DNA from: Candidatus Oxydemutatoraceae bacterium | GTDB lineage: Bacteria; Pseudomonadota; Gammaproteobacteria; Poriferisulfidales; Oxydemutatoraceae | Length of the DNA: 64,000 nt | Assembly (NCBI GenBank): GCA_965219575.1 | Contig: OZ244779.1 | Span: forward strand, 1,356,769-1,420,768 | Reading direction: 5' to 3' | Part shown: one piece after another, positions 20,083 to 29,377 of the stretch | Numbering within the stretch: position 1 is the stretch's first letter | Layout of the letters: each line of letters opens with the position of its first letter | Program-made: the position numbers and the translations under genes | The notes under the pieces: generated by a model | Databases searched by the model: none | Told to the model about the DNA's origin: nothing | What the model saw: only the letters and a program-made list of their open reading frames with translations

Positions 20083-20369
20083 GGGTTTAATATACCTGTC
20101 CGCCCGAAACGTATCATGTTTGCACGATTAACGCGTTCACCCATTAATACTATGGAAACCATTATTTGTTGGCGCAAGCGGTTACGGCCGTGCAGAACGG
20201 TATTTTAGGGCAGACATCAAAATTGCCGATTGACCTACCGGCTCAATCGGCGGCTTTATACTGCCCCTACGAATCGGTGGTTATTATAAATTCATGGCGC
20301 AAGCGGTTACGGTTGCACGCTGACGATACTTTTTCAACAGCCCCAAATAACCATCATACACCACCGAAA

Positions 20370-21554
20370 TTAAGCCAATACCCGCATGTATTCTTCGGGA
20401 CTGATAATACCCAGCTGTAACAATTCCATACCCGCTTGCCGTAGGGTTGTGGTGCAGTGTTTTTTTAATTGTATATCGGCAGTCGCCGGCGAATCGGTGT
20501 AATTCGATATGAGGTGACCGAGTTCGTCGTCTACTACCAGCATTTCGTATACGGCTTGTCTACCGGAGAAACCGGTATAACGACAGTGTTCGCATCCGCG
20601 ACCGTGATATAACTGCGCCGGCCCTTTGCCGTTGACTTTGGACTGCCAAGCTGTCGGTATCGTGCGGCAGGGTGCTTTGCAATGCAGACATATTTTTCTA
20701 AGTAGACGCTGACAGACGATAAGATTGACGGCAGCACCTATCAAATAAGCGGGTAATCCGATATTAATAAGTCGTGCGATAGTGCCGGTGATATTTCGAG
20801 TGTGCAAGGTGCTCATGACGAGATGCCCGGTTAGTGCGGCTTTGATCGCGATATCGGCAGTTTCGAAGTCGCGCATTTCACCGACCAAAATAACCTCCGG
20901 ATCTTGGCGTAAAAAAGCTCGCAGTATATCGGCAAAATTCAGACCGATTGCTTCTTTGACTTCGACCTGATTGATACCGTCGATTTTGTATTCAACCGGG
21001 TCTTCGGCAGTAAGAATGTTGATACCGGACCGATTGATTGCGTGTATGCCGGCATATAAGGTTGTCGTTTTGCCGCTGCCGGTAGGTCCGGTGACCAGTA
21101 GCATACCTTGATTACTTTTTAGTGCTTGTTGCATCAAACTTAGGTGTTGTTCGTCCATACCGAGCGCATCCAAGCGCGGCGTAAAGCCGCCGCTGTCGAG
21201 CAACCGCAATACGACACACTCGCCGGATATGGACGGCACGATAGAAACACGAATATCAACGGAAGTATTATCGTCGTTAAAGGAAAAGCGACCGTCTTGA
21301 GGCAACCTACGTTCGGCAATATCCAGTCCGGCGAGCAGTTTGATTCTCGATACGATACCGGCGTACTGCACTTGCATAAAATCGTCGGTTGTCACTTCTT
21401 GTAGCACGCCGTCCAGCCTATAGCGCAATCGGCTACCGGCGTCGTATCGCGCTATGTGTATATCGCTGGCGTTATAGCTTAGAGCTTGGCGGAGCATCGC
21501 TTCGACGAAGTAGATGACCTCGGTATATCCGTCTAGTGTCAGATGCTTATTCAT
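20370..21554 (-). CDS. pilB: PilB/GspE-family assembly ATPase (short, no N-terminal MshEN domain)
   Basis: ASDIHI, LDIAERRLPQDGR, GPTGSGKTTT, EDPVE, LRQDPE, TGHLVMSTLH, tetracysteine motif. Confidence 0.85.
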   Translation of the reverse strand: MNKHLTLDGYTEVIYFVEAMLRQALSYNASDIHIARYDAGSRLRYRLDGVLQEVTTDDFMQVQYAGIVSRIKLLAGLDIAERRLPQDGRFSFNDDNTSVDIRVSIVPSISGECVVLRLLDSGGFTPRLDALGMDEQHLSLMQQALKSNQGMLLVTGPTGSGKTTTLYAGIHAINRSGINILTAEDPVEYKIDGINQVEVKEAIGLNFADILRAFLRQDPEVILVGEMRDFETADIAIKAALTGHLVMSTLHTRNITGTIARLINIGLPAYLIGAAVNLIVCQRLLRKICLHCKAPCRTIPTAWQSKVNGKGPAQLYHGRGCEHCRYTGFSGRQAVYEMLVVDDELGHLISNYTDSPATADIQLKKHCTTTLRQAGMELLQLGIISPEEYMRVLA

Positions 21555-22996
21555 ACGATTTGCGGTGCGATGAAGACCATCAATTCCTTGACATCGCCTT
21601 CGCGTCTTCTATATCGGAACCAATCACCGATAAACGGCAGGTGGGTGATAAAAGGCATGCCTTCGAATGCTCGCACTTGTTGTTTGAGATAGATGCCGCC
21701 GATGACGACCACATCGCCGCTACGTACCAACAAACGACTCGTTAGCTCGCGACGGGTGATCGGCGGGTTTTGTAGCCGAGTATCTACGGTATCTTTGTTG
21801 ATTGCCAAATCCAGCATTAGATGTTGTTCGTTGACGATACTCGGGGTGACCGCGAGTTTGAGTCCCGCTTGTTTGAATTCGGTCTGTGTGCCGCTGTCGG
21901 AAACCGTTTGATAGGGCACTTCGCTGCCTTCGAATATCATTGCCGATTGATTATCCAATGTGAATATCTTGGGGTTCGATATGAGGCGACTCTTGCCGGC
22001 TTTTTCCAGGGCACTCAGTTCTACGCGTATACGCGCGCTACCGAAAGTCAAACCCAACCCGCCGCTAGCTCCGGCAACCGGCACATTAAGATAAGGTCCG
22101 TTAATGTTGTCGGTGCTGAAAATACCGTCTCTGTGTCTGCCCAAACGCGCGCCCAATGCGCGAGTGAAATCCTCGCCGGCTTCTACGATAAACGCCTCTA
22201 TCATCACTTGCCGTTGCGGCACATCTATCGTGCCTATCAGCGAGGCAGCCAGTTCTATGGCTTGTCGGTCACCCTGCACAATCAAAGAATGACTGCTTTT
22301 ATCGCCGACCACCGAGCTTTTGATTGCCGGTGCATTGCCGGTGTTGCTCTGTTTTTGTTGCTCACCCAATAGAGATTTTAATAGCGTTGCCATTTTCTCC
22401 GCATCGGTATAACGCAGTTTGAATAGTTCAACATTATGTGCTTTTGCAGATTGCCCGTTCATTCGTGTGCTTGTATTTTTTTGCTTGCCGGTGTTTTTAT
22501 AAATCTGAATTAGTTTTTTAGCTGCGTGTTCGTCGACACTCAGTCCCTGCAATTCGGCAATGCTATGTAGCGCATCACGCCAATCGATCCGATTGAGACT
22601 GTAATTGACGGTGCCGTTTATATCGGGTGCGATCAAAATATTATGACCGCTTAGATCGGACAACATAGACGCAAAGACGCGCAGCGGTACGTCGACCAAC
22701 CTCAGACTCAGCATCATGGGTTCTGTTGCGGCAGGTTCATGTGACGATAAAGGTTCGGATAATAACGGGATACGCCGTTGTCGATAGGGTATTACGGGAG
22801 TTCGTATCGGTGGCGACGGTGGAGCAGTGGTTTGATGCCGATCGATAAAGGCTTGTTGATCTATCAAAGGTTTATCCGAAGGTGTTACCGGCTTTTCGAA
22901 GTAAGCGCAAGCCGATAGTAGCGTGGTAGCGATTACCGAGAAACAAAATATACAAGCGATTTTCATTACATCGTTCATTGCAGTAGCGGTAGCCAA
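21551..22996 (-). CDS. pilQ: Type IV pilus secretin PilQ-like (lipoprotein signal)
   Basis: LSAC lipobox, QVMIEAFIVEA, ELSALE..G...ISNP, G.EVPY, GLKLAVTP, ELMVFIAP. Confidence 0.85.
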   Translation of the reverse strand: MATATAMNDVMKIACIFCFSVIATTLLSACAYFEKPVTPSDKPLIDQQAFIDRHQTTAPPSPPIRTPVIPYRQRRIPLLSEPLSSHEPAATEPMMLSLRLVDVPLRVFASMLSDLSGHNILIAPDINGTVNYSLNRIDWRDALHSIAELQGLSVDEHAAKKLIQIYKNTGKQKNTSTRMNGQSAKAHNVELFKLRYTDAEKMATLLKSLLGEQQKQSNTGNAPAIKSSVVGDKSSHSLIVQGDRQAIELAASLIGTIDVPQRQVMIEAFIVEAGEDFTRALGARLGRHRDGIFSTDNINGPYLNVPVAGASGGLGLTFGSARIRVELSALEKAGKSRLISNPKIFTLDNQSAMIFEGSEVPYQTVSDSGTQTEFKQAGLKLAVTPSIVNEQHLMLDLAINKDTVDTRLQNPPITRRELTSRLLVRSGDVVVIGGIYLKQQVRAFEGMPFITHLPFIGDWFRYRRREGDVKELMVFIAPQIV

Positions 22997-23331
22997 GACA
23001 AAGTGTTCTGTATCTCTATCTGAATACCTTTGGTTGTGATTTGTCGAATGATCGCTTGCTCTTGTCCTAACTGCGCGCGCACTTGCAACCTATGCCAAGT
23101 ATTGCGTGGCGAATAAACAACTGCTACCGCGTTGTCCGCCGCCACGATAACGCCGTGCACAACATACTGTGCTACCGGATAAGCCGTGAGTGGATCGATT
23201 TGCCGTTGTTGCGGTTTTTCCGGCTGCGAGAGTTTTTCGCGAGTCTGAAAATGATTGTCGCTTATAATATCTTTCGTGTCTTCCGCACTTGCAAACGGAG
23301 CGGTCAGACAGAGTAGGCATAGCAACCACAT
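22975..23331 (-). CDS. PilP-like pilus assembly protein (start uncertain)
   Basis: DPLTAYPVAQY...G.I......AVV pattern; lies between the PilO-like gene and pilQ. The longer ORF to 23457 reads through a REP. Confidence 0.55.
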   Translation of the reverse strand: MWLLCLLCLTAPFASAEDTKDIISDNHFQTREKLSQPEKPQQRQIDPLTAYPVAQYVVHGVIVAADNAVAVVYSPRNTWHRLQVRAQLGQEQAIIRQITTKGIQIEIQNTLSWLPLLQ

Positions 23332-23339
23332 AACCACCG

Positions 23340-23365
23340 GTAGGGGCGGACTAACATGTCCGCCC
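23340..23365 (+). repeat. Empty GTAG REP
   Basis: GTAGGGGCGGACTAACATGTCCGCCC, identical to 14985-15010. Confidence 0.9.
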
Positions 23366-23463
23366 TTAAACAACCATCTCTGCACAAACAACGTGTTTAT
23401 CCATCGATTCATGGTGACTGACGATGGAATTATCTTATATCGTAATCTTACAAACATAATTCC

Positions 23464-24126
23464 TCATAAAGTAACTTCTTTGGGTTGATATACGCTGAGA
23501 TCAACGACGATATCGAGTTGTAGTTCCTCTTTCGTCGATAGATATTCACGCTCCATTTGCGTCAAAGGGCTGAGCTCCCAGAGTGCTTTTTTGAATCTAA
23601 GATAATCGCTGAATTGCCCTCGCAGATGCCACGAATAGTGAGTTGCCGTGAACTGTTCGGTGAATTGAGAGGATATTCGGTGGTCGTTTATGGTGTTCGT
23701 TGTCACGACTATCAGCCGATGATCGTGCGCCATGCGATGTAGATCTATCGCGTTGTGTTGTAGCGTTGCATTATGCAGGGAAACCAACAAAGGATCGGTC
23801 TCCAGTTCGGTGAATGTTGCATGCGCGCCTCGGTACATCTGATCTAGTTGTGCAACTTGCCGCTCCAATAAAGGGATGGATGCAAGCTGTGCCCTACTCG
23901 TCGCATAGTTCACGGTTGTCGGATATACAAAGACCACAAAACAAATACAAGGAACAATCAGCGAGAGTACGAGAGAAGCATAAACGATAAATCGATACAA
24001 ATCGTTCGGGTTGTACAAGCGATCGTCGGAACGATTGAAATATCTATAGACGCGATATGCGAGTGTACTAAGCCTATCGCTGTTGCCGATGTTATCGTTT
24101 ATAGCATTTTCGGTCTGCGCGGTCAT
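23464..24126 (-). CDS. PilO-like pilus assembly protein
   Basis: Single TM, coiled coil, LRGQFSDYLRF..AL..L ferredoxin-like motif; operon position. Confidence 0.55.
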   Translation of the reverse strand: MTAQTENAINDNIGNSDRLSTLAYRVYRYFNRSDDRLYNPNDLYRFIVYASLVLSLIVPCICFVVFVYPTTVNYATSRAQLASIPLLERQVAQLDQMYRGAHATFTELETDPLLVSLHNATLQHNAIDLHRMAHDHRLIVVTTNTINDHRISSQFTEQFTATHYSWHLRGQFSDYLRFKKALWELSPLTQMEREYLSTKEELQLDIVVDLSVYQPKEVTL

Positions 24127-25604
24127 TCGTCTATTCCGTTATTGAGCTTGCAGCTAAGCGTGAATTGCATTGCGCCGGAATGTTCTTGTATCGTTTGACT
24201 GCTGTCTATAGCGACCTCGTGAATCATATCCAGTTGCTCCAGTTGTTCTACAAAAACGATGAGTTGTCCATAATCCCCTGCTACGGCGGTTATCAAACAG
24301 CTACTTTGCCATCGGCAATCTATACTCTCTATCTTGACCGACGAAGGGATGACGGCACCCAAATGCGCCCATAGAGCCATTGCCGAATGGTGTTGCGTTG
24401 ATAAAAATTGCATCTGTGCCTGCATCTGTCGTCGCCGTTCGGTGCGTTGCCTTAGAGCATCGAGTTTGTTTTTATATTCGTCTTGCTGTGTCGATAATTG
24501 TGTTTGATAGAGGCGTTGAGCATGCTGTGTGGCATCCAAGGCGACTATATGCTGATAATAAAAGAATAGTATTGCCGAGATAATCGTTGAAAATATCCAG
24601 CAAACGGTACTCTTGTAATACTCATTGCGGTGATTGTGGATGAAGTTGGCTTGGGTTTTGAAAGTTGCTGCATCCGATGCCAGCCAATACGCCAGCGCAA
24701 TCGGTGCCGACATCGTGGCGCAATTGTCTTTTGTTTGTGACGACGGCTTTATGTTCTTAGCGATATCCAAAGGCTTTAATACAATATCGTTCAATGACGA
24801 TTCTAGTCGTGTAGCCGTTTGCCGATTCAGATTGCCGATTAGATATAGGGTATGGTTGTCGCCTTGTTCGCTACGCAAGCGTTCGTGCAAAGACTCCGAT
24901 AAATGTTGCAAAGCGATCGCTGTTTGTTTTTCGTTGCAAGCTACATTAGTATCGGACGATGCGCATAGATTTTTATGGTCGTGATCGGAGACTATCGTCC
25001 GATGCGAGAATACATTGACTCCCAGGTGTGCTAGATACGCCTCGTATTCGTTGACAACCAATAGACGACGGGCGGGTTGCTTGTGTTGTACGCCGTAATA
25101 TACCAACGAGGAAAGCGTCAATACATTAAGCGATAGCCGGGTGCGCGCAAATACCGCCTTATAGAAAGCAAGTGCGGTATTGGGTACCGCCATCAGGTAG
25201 ATCGATAAACGGTATCGCTGTTTATCGTGTATCGTCGTCAATTGGGTATAACTATAATCGTCGTTTCCGACTCCCAAGTGTTTGTGCCAGAAATGTCTGC
25301 TCGATAACATGCGCGACAATGCTCTCCGTCCTATCAAAGGCAACGCAACACATTTTGATTTAGCACGCGCAGCCGGTAATGTCGCAATAGCAAAGCCCAA
25401 CTGTATGTTGTTTTGTACACATAAATCGTTCAGTGCATCGCCACATTCTTTAGGATGTTCGTACAAATCGTCGAAATCGCGATAAGGCAATCGCACCGCA
25501 CCGGTTGCCGTTAAATGCAATACACCGTTGCGGCGAGATAGGCTCGCAACACGCAATACCGACGGAGATATTTCTACCCCGATACTGTTTCTATGGATAT
25601 TCAT
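24123..25604 (-). CDS. PilM-PilN-like fusion (GspL-like architecture)
   Basis: N-terminal IGVEIS...LRVA actin-like PilM start; then ANF, a TM, a coiled coil and L...IPSSV.I.S....FV.QLE PilN-like C-terminus, all in one ORF. Confidence 0.55.
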   Translation of the reverse strand: MNIHRNSIGVEISPSVLRVASLSRRNGVLHLTATGAVRLPYRDFDDLYEHPKECGDALNDLCVQNNIQLGFAIATLPAARAKSKCVALPLIGRRALSRMLSSRHFWHKHLGVGNDDYSYTQLTTIHDKQRYRLSIYLMAVPNTALAFYKAVFARTRLSLNVLTLSSLVYYGVQHKQPARRLLVVNEYEAYLAHLGVNVFSHRTIVSDHDHKNLCASSDTNVACNEKQTAIALQHLSESLHERLRSEQGDNHTLYLIGNLNRQTATRLESSLNDIVLKPLDIAKNIKPSSQTKDNCATMSAPIALAYWLASDAATFKTQANFIHNHRNEYYKSTVCWIFSTIISAILFFYYQHIVALDATQHAQRLYQTQLSTQQDEYKNKLDALRQRTERRRQMQAQMQFLSTQHHSAMALWAHLGAVIPSSVKIESIDCRWQSSCLITAVAGDYGQLIVFVEQLEQLDMIHEVAIDSSQTIQEHSGAMQFTLSCKLNNGIDE

Positions 25605-25735
25605 AAATCACCTGTATCCAGCATAAAACATCGAATAGGGGCGATGGAGTGCAAACGGATTAAATGCACCAAATAACCGACGAAGTGTATACGAGGTAGG
25701 TAAAATAAGGCTTTCAGCCGAAGTGTTTCGACCGA

Positions 25736-25822
25736 TGGTACCGAGGGTGGGACTCGAACCCACACGGGTTTAACCCCACTGGATTTTGAGTCCAGCGCGT
25801 CTACCTGTTTCGCCACCTCGGC
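25736..25822 (-). tRNA. tRNA-Leu(CAA)
   Basis: GCCGAGG...CTGGA-CT-CAA-AA-TCCAG, long variable arm, GGTTCGAGTCC, encoded CCA. Confidence 0.97.
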
Positions 25823-25975
25823 AGTAAGGCTACATTATAGACTAATCTATCTTATCCATACGATAGTCCCATACCACTCCTTTGGAGGGGTAGCAGACGA
25901 AGCCTAAAAGACTTTGCATTCATCGATGTATGCAAACCACTTCATATATAATGGTATCTTCTATAGTTTTGTATC

Positions 25976-26968
25976 ATGCCTGTTTCTTCCATCGAAAAAA
26001 TCAACATCAGCACGCCGGCGAGATTACATCTGGGGTTTATAGACTTGCATGGCGGTGTCGGACGCAAATTCGGGAGTGTCGGCATTGCATTGGATACGCC
26101 GAGATTGGAACTTGAGATTGTGCCTGCCGAGTCACTCAATATATACGGTGCGGACACTGTGCGCATCACTCAATTAGTGAAGACTTTTGATGCGCATTAC
26201 AAGGTTGAGAGCCGTTGTAGTATTCATCTAAAGCAGACTATTCCTGTGCATCAAGGACTCGGTTCGGGAACCCAGACGGCGTTGGCGGTAGGGCAAGGCT
26301 TGGCGAGCCTGCATGGTTTGACATTGGCGCATACCGAAATCGCATCCTGTTTGGCGCGCGGTCGGCGTTCGGGTATAGGAATTTATGCTTTTGATCGCGG
26401 GGGTGTTTTGGTTGATGCCGGCGTTAAGGACGACAAGTTACCGACTTTGCTTTTTCATCGTCCTTTTCCGAGCGCATGGCGCATTTTATTGATTATGACT
26501 CGAGGGCAAGATGGTTTGCACGGTGCGGGTGAGCATAACGCATTTGCGCGCTTGCCACAATTTTCTAAATTGTGTGCCGCTGCTTTGAGCCGCACGGTGC
26601 TTATGCAATTAATGCCGGCGGTGGTGGAGCAGGACTTTGCTAGCTTCGCCCAAGCGGTGTACAAATTGCAAGCAACGATGAAGGATTATTTCTCGTCGGT
26701 GGAGGAACAAAAAATATCGCGCTTTAATTCTATGAAACTATTGGAATATTTGGACAAACAGGGTATAAAAGGCATTGGTCAAACCTCGTGGGGGCCGACC
26801 GCTTTTGCGATAACGGAAAATCAGGCACAGGCGGAAGCCTTAAAAGCCGAATTAAAAGATTATATGCGATCTCACGCTACCGAAACCGAGGCTTTCGAAG
26901 ATATGGAGAAAATAGATTTTCTTATCGTCAAAGGAGACAATAAAGGTGCAGTGATCGTTTTAGATTAA
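25976..26968 (+). CDS. mptG: Beta-ribofuranosylaminobenzene 5'-phosphate synthase (GHMP superfamily, Orf4)
   Basis: TPARLHLGFID, HQGLGSGTQ, RGRRSGIG, GG..VDAG, GQTSWGPT; next to mtdB. Confidence 0.88.
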   Translation: MPVSSIEKINISTPARLHLGFIDLHGGVGRKFGSVGIALDTPRLELEIVPAESLNIYGADTVRITQLVKTFDAHYKVESRCSIHLKQTIPVHQGLGSGTQTALAVGQGLASLHGLTLAHTEIASCLARGRRSGIGIYAFDRGGVLVDAGVKDDKLPTLLFHRPFPSAWRILLIMTRGQDGLHGAGEHNAFARLPQFSKLCAAALSRTVLMQLMPAVVEQDFASFAQAVYKLQATMKDYFSSVEEQKISRFNSMKLLEYLDKQGIKGIGQTSWGPTAFAITENQAQAEALKAELKDYMRSHATETEAFEDMEKIDFLIVKGDNKGAVIVLD

Positions 26969-26983
26969 CAACAAACTATAGGA

Positions 26984-27898
26984 ATGACAATGGAAAAACC
27001 TTATATATTACATATGCTGACTTCGGCTCCGAATCTAAGCCCTTTTGATGTCAACATGGCGATGGATGCGGGGTGGGATGCAGTAATTCCATACACTAAT
27101 TTAGATCTCTCGGATGTGCAGGCACTCGTGCAAGATGCAATTTTTTCGAGGGGTCCATCGGGTGTCAAACGTACCGGTTTATTCATAGGCGGGCGGGATA
27201 TGACGCTCGCATTACAGATGCTGGAGTCGGCACACAAGGCAATGGTGCCGCCCTTTGAAGTCTCGGCGATGGCCGACCCCAGTGGTGCATTTACCACCGC
27301 TGCCGGCATGATTGCTGCGGTCGGCGGTAAACTCAAGCGCATACACCGAAGCGACTGGCAAGGGTGTCGTGCAATGGTGCTGGGTGGTACCGGTCCGGTC
27401 GGCATGGTTGCTGCGATACTGGCAACCGAATTAGGTGCGCAAGTAACGCTGATGAGCCGTCAACGTTCCAAAGCCGAAGGTATCGTCGAGAATTGCCGCA
27501 AGCTGTGCAAAAGCAACGCCGAGCAACTGCATCCGGCGGGCAACGACGAGAAAGCAAGTTTATTGGATCAAACAGAGGTAATACTGGCAACTGCAGCCGC
27601 CGGCATCCAAATGATGGACGCAGACGAAATAGCGTCGGCAAGCGCGCTTAAGGTTGCTGCCGATGTGAATGCGGTACCGCCATCCGGTATTCATAGCCTC
27701 GATGTTATGCACGACGGCAATCCTTTGCAAGGTTCCAAATCGGGTGCGGTGGGAATCGGTGCGTTGGCAATCGGAAACATCAAGTATCAAGCCCAGCACC
27801 GCTTACTGAAGCAAATGTACGAAACGGATAAGCCGGTCTATCTACACTACGAACACGCGTGCGAATCGGCTCAAGATTATATGGATGAACGAGCGTAG
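26984..27898 (+). CDS. mtdB: NAD(P)-dependent methylene-H4MPT dehydrogenase
   Basis: SPFDVNMA.DAG, QDAIFSRGP, DPSGAFTTAA, GGTGPVG, DVNAVPPSG, GALAIGNIKY. Confidence 0.92.
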   Translation: MTMEKPYILHMLTSAPNLSPFDVNMAMDAGWDAVIPYTNLDLSDVQALVQDAIFSRGPSGVKRTGLFIGGRDMTLALQMLESAHKAMVPPFEVSAMADPSGAFTTAAGMIAAVGGKLKRIHRSDWQGCRAMVLGGTGPVGMVAAILATELGAQVTLMSRQRSKAEGIVENCRKLCKSNAEQLHPAGNDEKASLLDQTEVILATAAAGIQMMDADEIASASALKVAADVNAVPPSGIHSLDVMHDGNPLQGSKSGAVGIGALAIGNIKYQAQHRLLKQMYETDKPVYLHYEHACESAQDYMDERA

Positions 27899-28143
27899 CA
27901 CTGCCGGTTAAGCCGAAAGAGGGGGTAGGGGGCTGTTGAAAATGTATTTCATACATCGTTGGCGTACCATTCCCCTCCAGAGGAGGGGAATGTACCGGCA
28001 CTATGCTCTTGCAGATATGACGGGGCTGTTGAAAAAATATCCACGAACCGTAGGGGCGGACTAGCATGATGCCTTATTAAAAATCAAGTCGTTTTATTCG
28101 TTTTTTATCTCCTTTTGTGAGTATTGATTTAGGACACAGATGC

Positions 28144-29118
28144 TCAACAATAATTCGTGTCAAACGGTTGCTTGTGCGTGGTGACCCCGTAAATAATACG
28201 CGTGAGCTTATGAGCGCAAGCAACAATAATCTGCTTTTTAGTTAACTCCGGACGCCGGCGACTTAATTGGTCGGCAAATGTACGGATGGTCGGGTTATGA
28301 ACCCGTGCCGAGAGTGCTGCCATAAATAGGAGGTTGCGCAAGTCGGCATTGCCCTGTTTAGAGATGGGCGTAGGCGAGTTGCAGTTGCCGGATTGCTTGT
28401 GCTTGGGCGTGATGCCGATATAGGCGGCGAGTTGCTTTGGATGGCGAAACGTATTATCATCCAGTACTGCACACAGGGCAGCCGCAGTTTGAGTTCCGAT
28501 TCCAGGAATGGAACACAGCAACTGGTGAAGCTGTGTGAGGTGCTCGTCTTGAGCGATGATTTTGTCCATTGAGGCATTAATCTTATCGATCTGCTTCTCA
28601 TGGTTCTTCAGGCTAGTGGCTGCCACCTTTTTTTGCTTCGCATCGCGCAGAGTTTTAGCGCAATTGCTTAACATCGTACGACACTTGACTAATTCCCTGC
28701 GCCATTTCAGTGCGTCGCGCAAGGCTTGTACAGCCGGTGAGGGTTTTTGCCAATCGTCTTCAGGCGGGATAGCAAATACGAAGCGTGCGATGGTACGCGC
28801 ATCAACGCGATCGGTTTTACTGCGTATGCCGAGCGAGTCGCGGAATCTAGAGATCAGCACCGGTGCTGCCACGGTGATTGGATGCCCGGCATCATAGCCG
28901 GCCATGCACAGGTCTAGTTCAAGACCGCCGGTCGCCTCAACGCAGATGCGACACTGCTGTGCGCGGTGTTTGCTCGCCCAAGCTAACAACTGCTTGATGC
29001 CTTGGGCATCACTACTAAATTGTTGCTCGGCAAAACTATTATCGGTGAATAATAGAGCCGCCTCTAAAGTGTCTTTAGAGACATCAACGCCAATCGTGAC
29101 GGGTTGTTTGTTTTCCAT
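28144..29118 (-). CDS. IS110 recombinase/transposase, diverged paralog
   Basis: GVDVSK, CVEATG, KTDRVDA, SIPGIG, KQSG, ISKQG all intact. Confidence 0.95.
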   Translation of the reverse strand: MENKQPVTIGVDVSKDTLEAALLFTDNSFAEQQFSSDAQGIKQLLAWASKHRAQQCRICVEATGGLELDLCMAGYDAGHPITVAAPVLISRFRDSLGIRSKTDRVDARTIARFVFAIPPEDDWQKPSPAVQALRDALKWRRELVKCRTMLSNCAKTLRDAKQKKVAATSLKNHEKQIDKINASMDKIIAQDEHLTQLHQLLCSIPGIGTQTAAALCAVLDDNTFRHPKQLAAYIGITPKHKQSGNCNSPTPISKQGNADLRNLLFMAALSARVHNPTIRTFADQLSRRRPELTKKQIIVACAHKLTRIIYGVTTHKQPFDTNYC

Positions 29119-29180
29119 AATAAATTACTCCATAAGGGTTGGTTAATGAATGAAATACTAGGTATCAAACACAGTTTAGG

Positions 29181-29377
29181 AAAGTATGACTACGCCGCCC
29201 ACACAGGTAAATACGAGATCTAAAGTCTCAAGCTGCCTTCCGAGCTCTATAGTCATAGCGCCGGAGGAGTGCTTTTCATGCTAACAGGCTTTAATGCCTC
29301 GTCCGTCCTGCGGCGTGTCTCCTCCGACTTCCTAGGTACTGCAACTACCTAAGCATTTATCTTATATAAATAAGCTA
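29181..29377 (-). ncRNA. Bridge RNA of IS110 copy 2 (identical to copy 1)
   Basis: 29178-29393 is identical to 19883-20098. Confidence 0.85.

Larger units (their letters stand above)
18770..20098 (-). mobile_element. IS110-family element (IS621-like bridge recombinase), copy 1, inserted in a REP with core CA
   Basis: Removing the element restores GGGCGGACTAGCATGTCCGCCC; TG (CA on the minus strand) is present at both junctions; no terminal inverted repeats. Confidence 0.92.
18684..20344. mobile_element. MITE-like composite repeat hosting IS110 copy 1
   Basis: Ends GGGCTGTTGAAAAAGTA / TACTTTTTCAACAGCCCC; its GTAG REP is split by the IS110. Confidence 0.7.

Noticed and set aside
20166-20420. 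Similar small ORFs at 20166 and 29409 as a gene family
   Set aside because: They are readings of the repeated MITE modules, with no RBS and inconsistent frames.
25601-25816. 71-aa ORF MAKQVDALDSK...
   Set aside because: Translation of the tRNA-Leu gene; the same applies to 49680-49886 over tRNA-Gln.
17841-25822. Prophage or intact genomic island at tRNA-Leu(CAA)
   Set aside because: No integrase, no duplicated tRNA 3' end found and no phage structural genes; only a lone PBECR2-like fragment.
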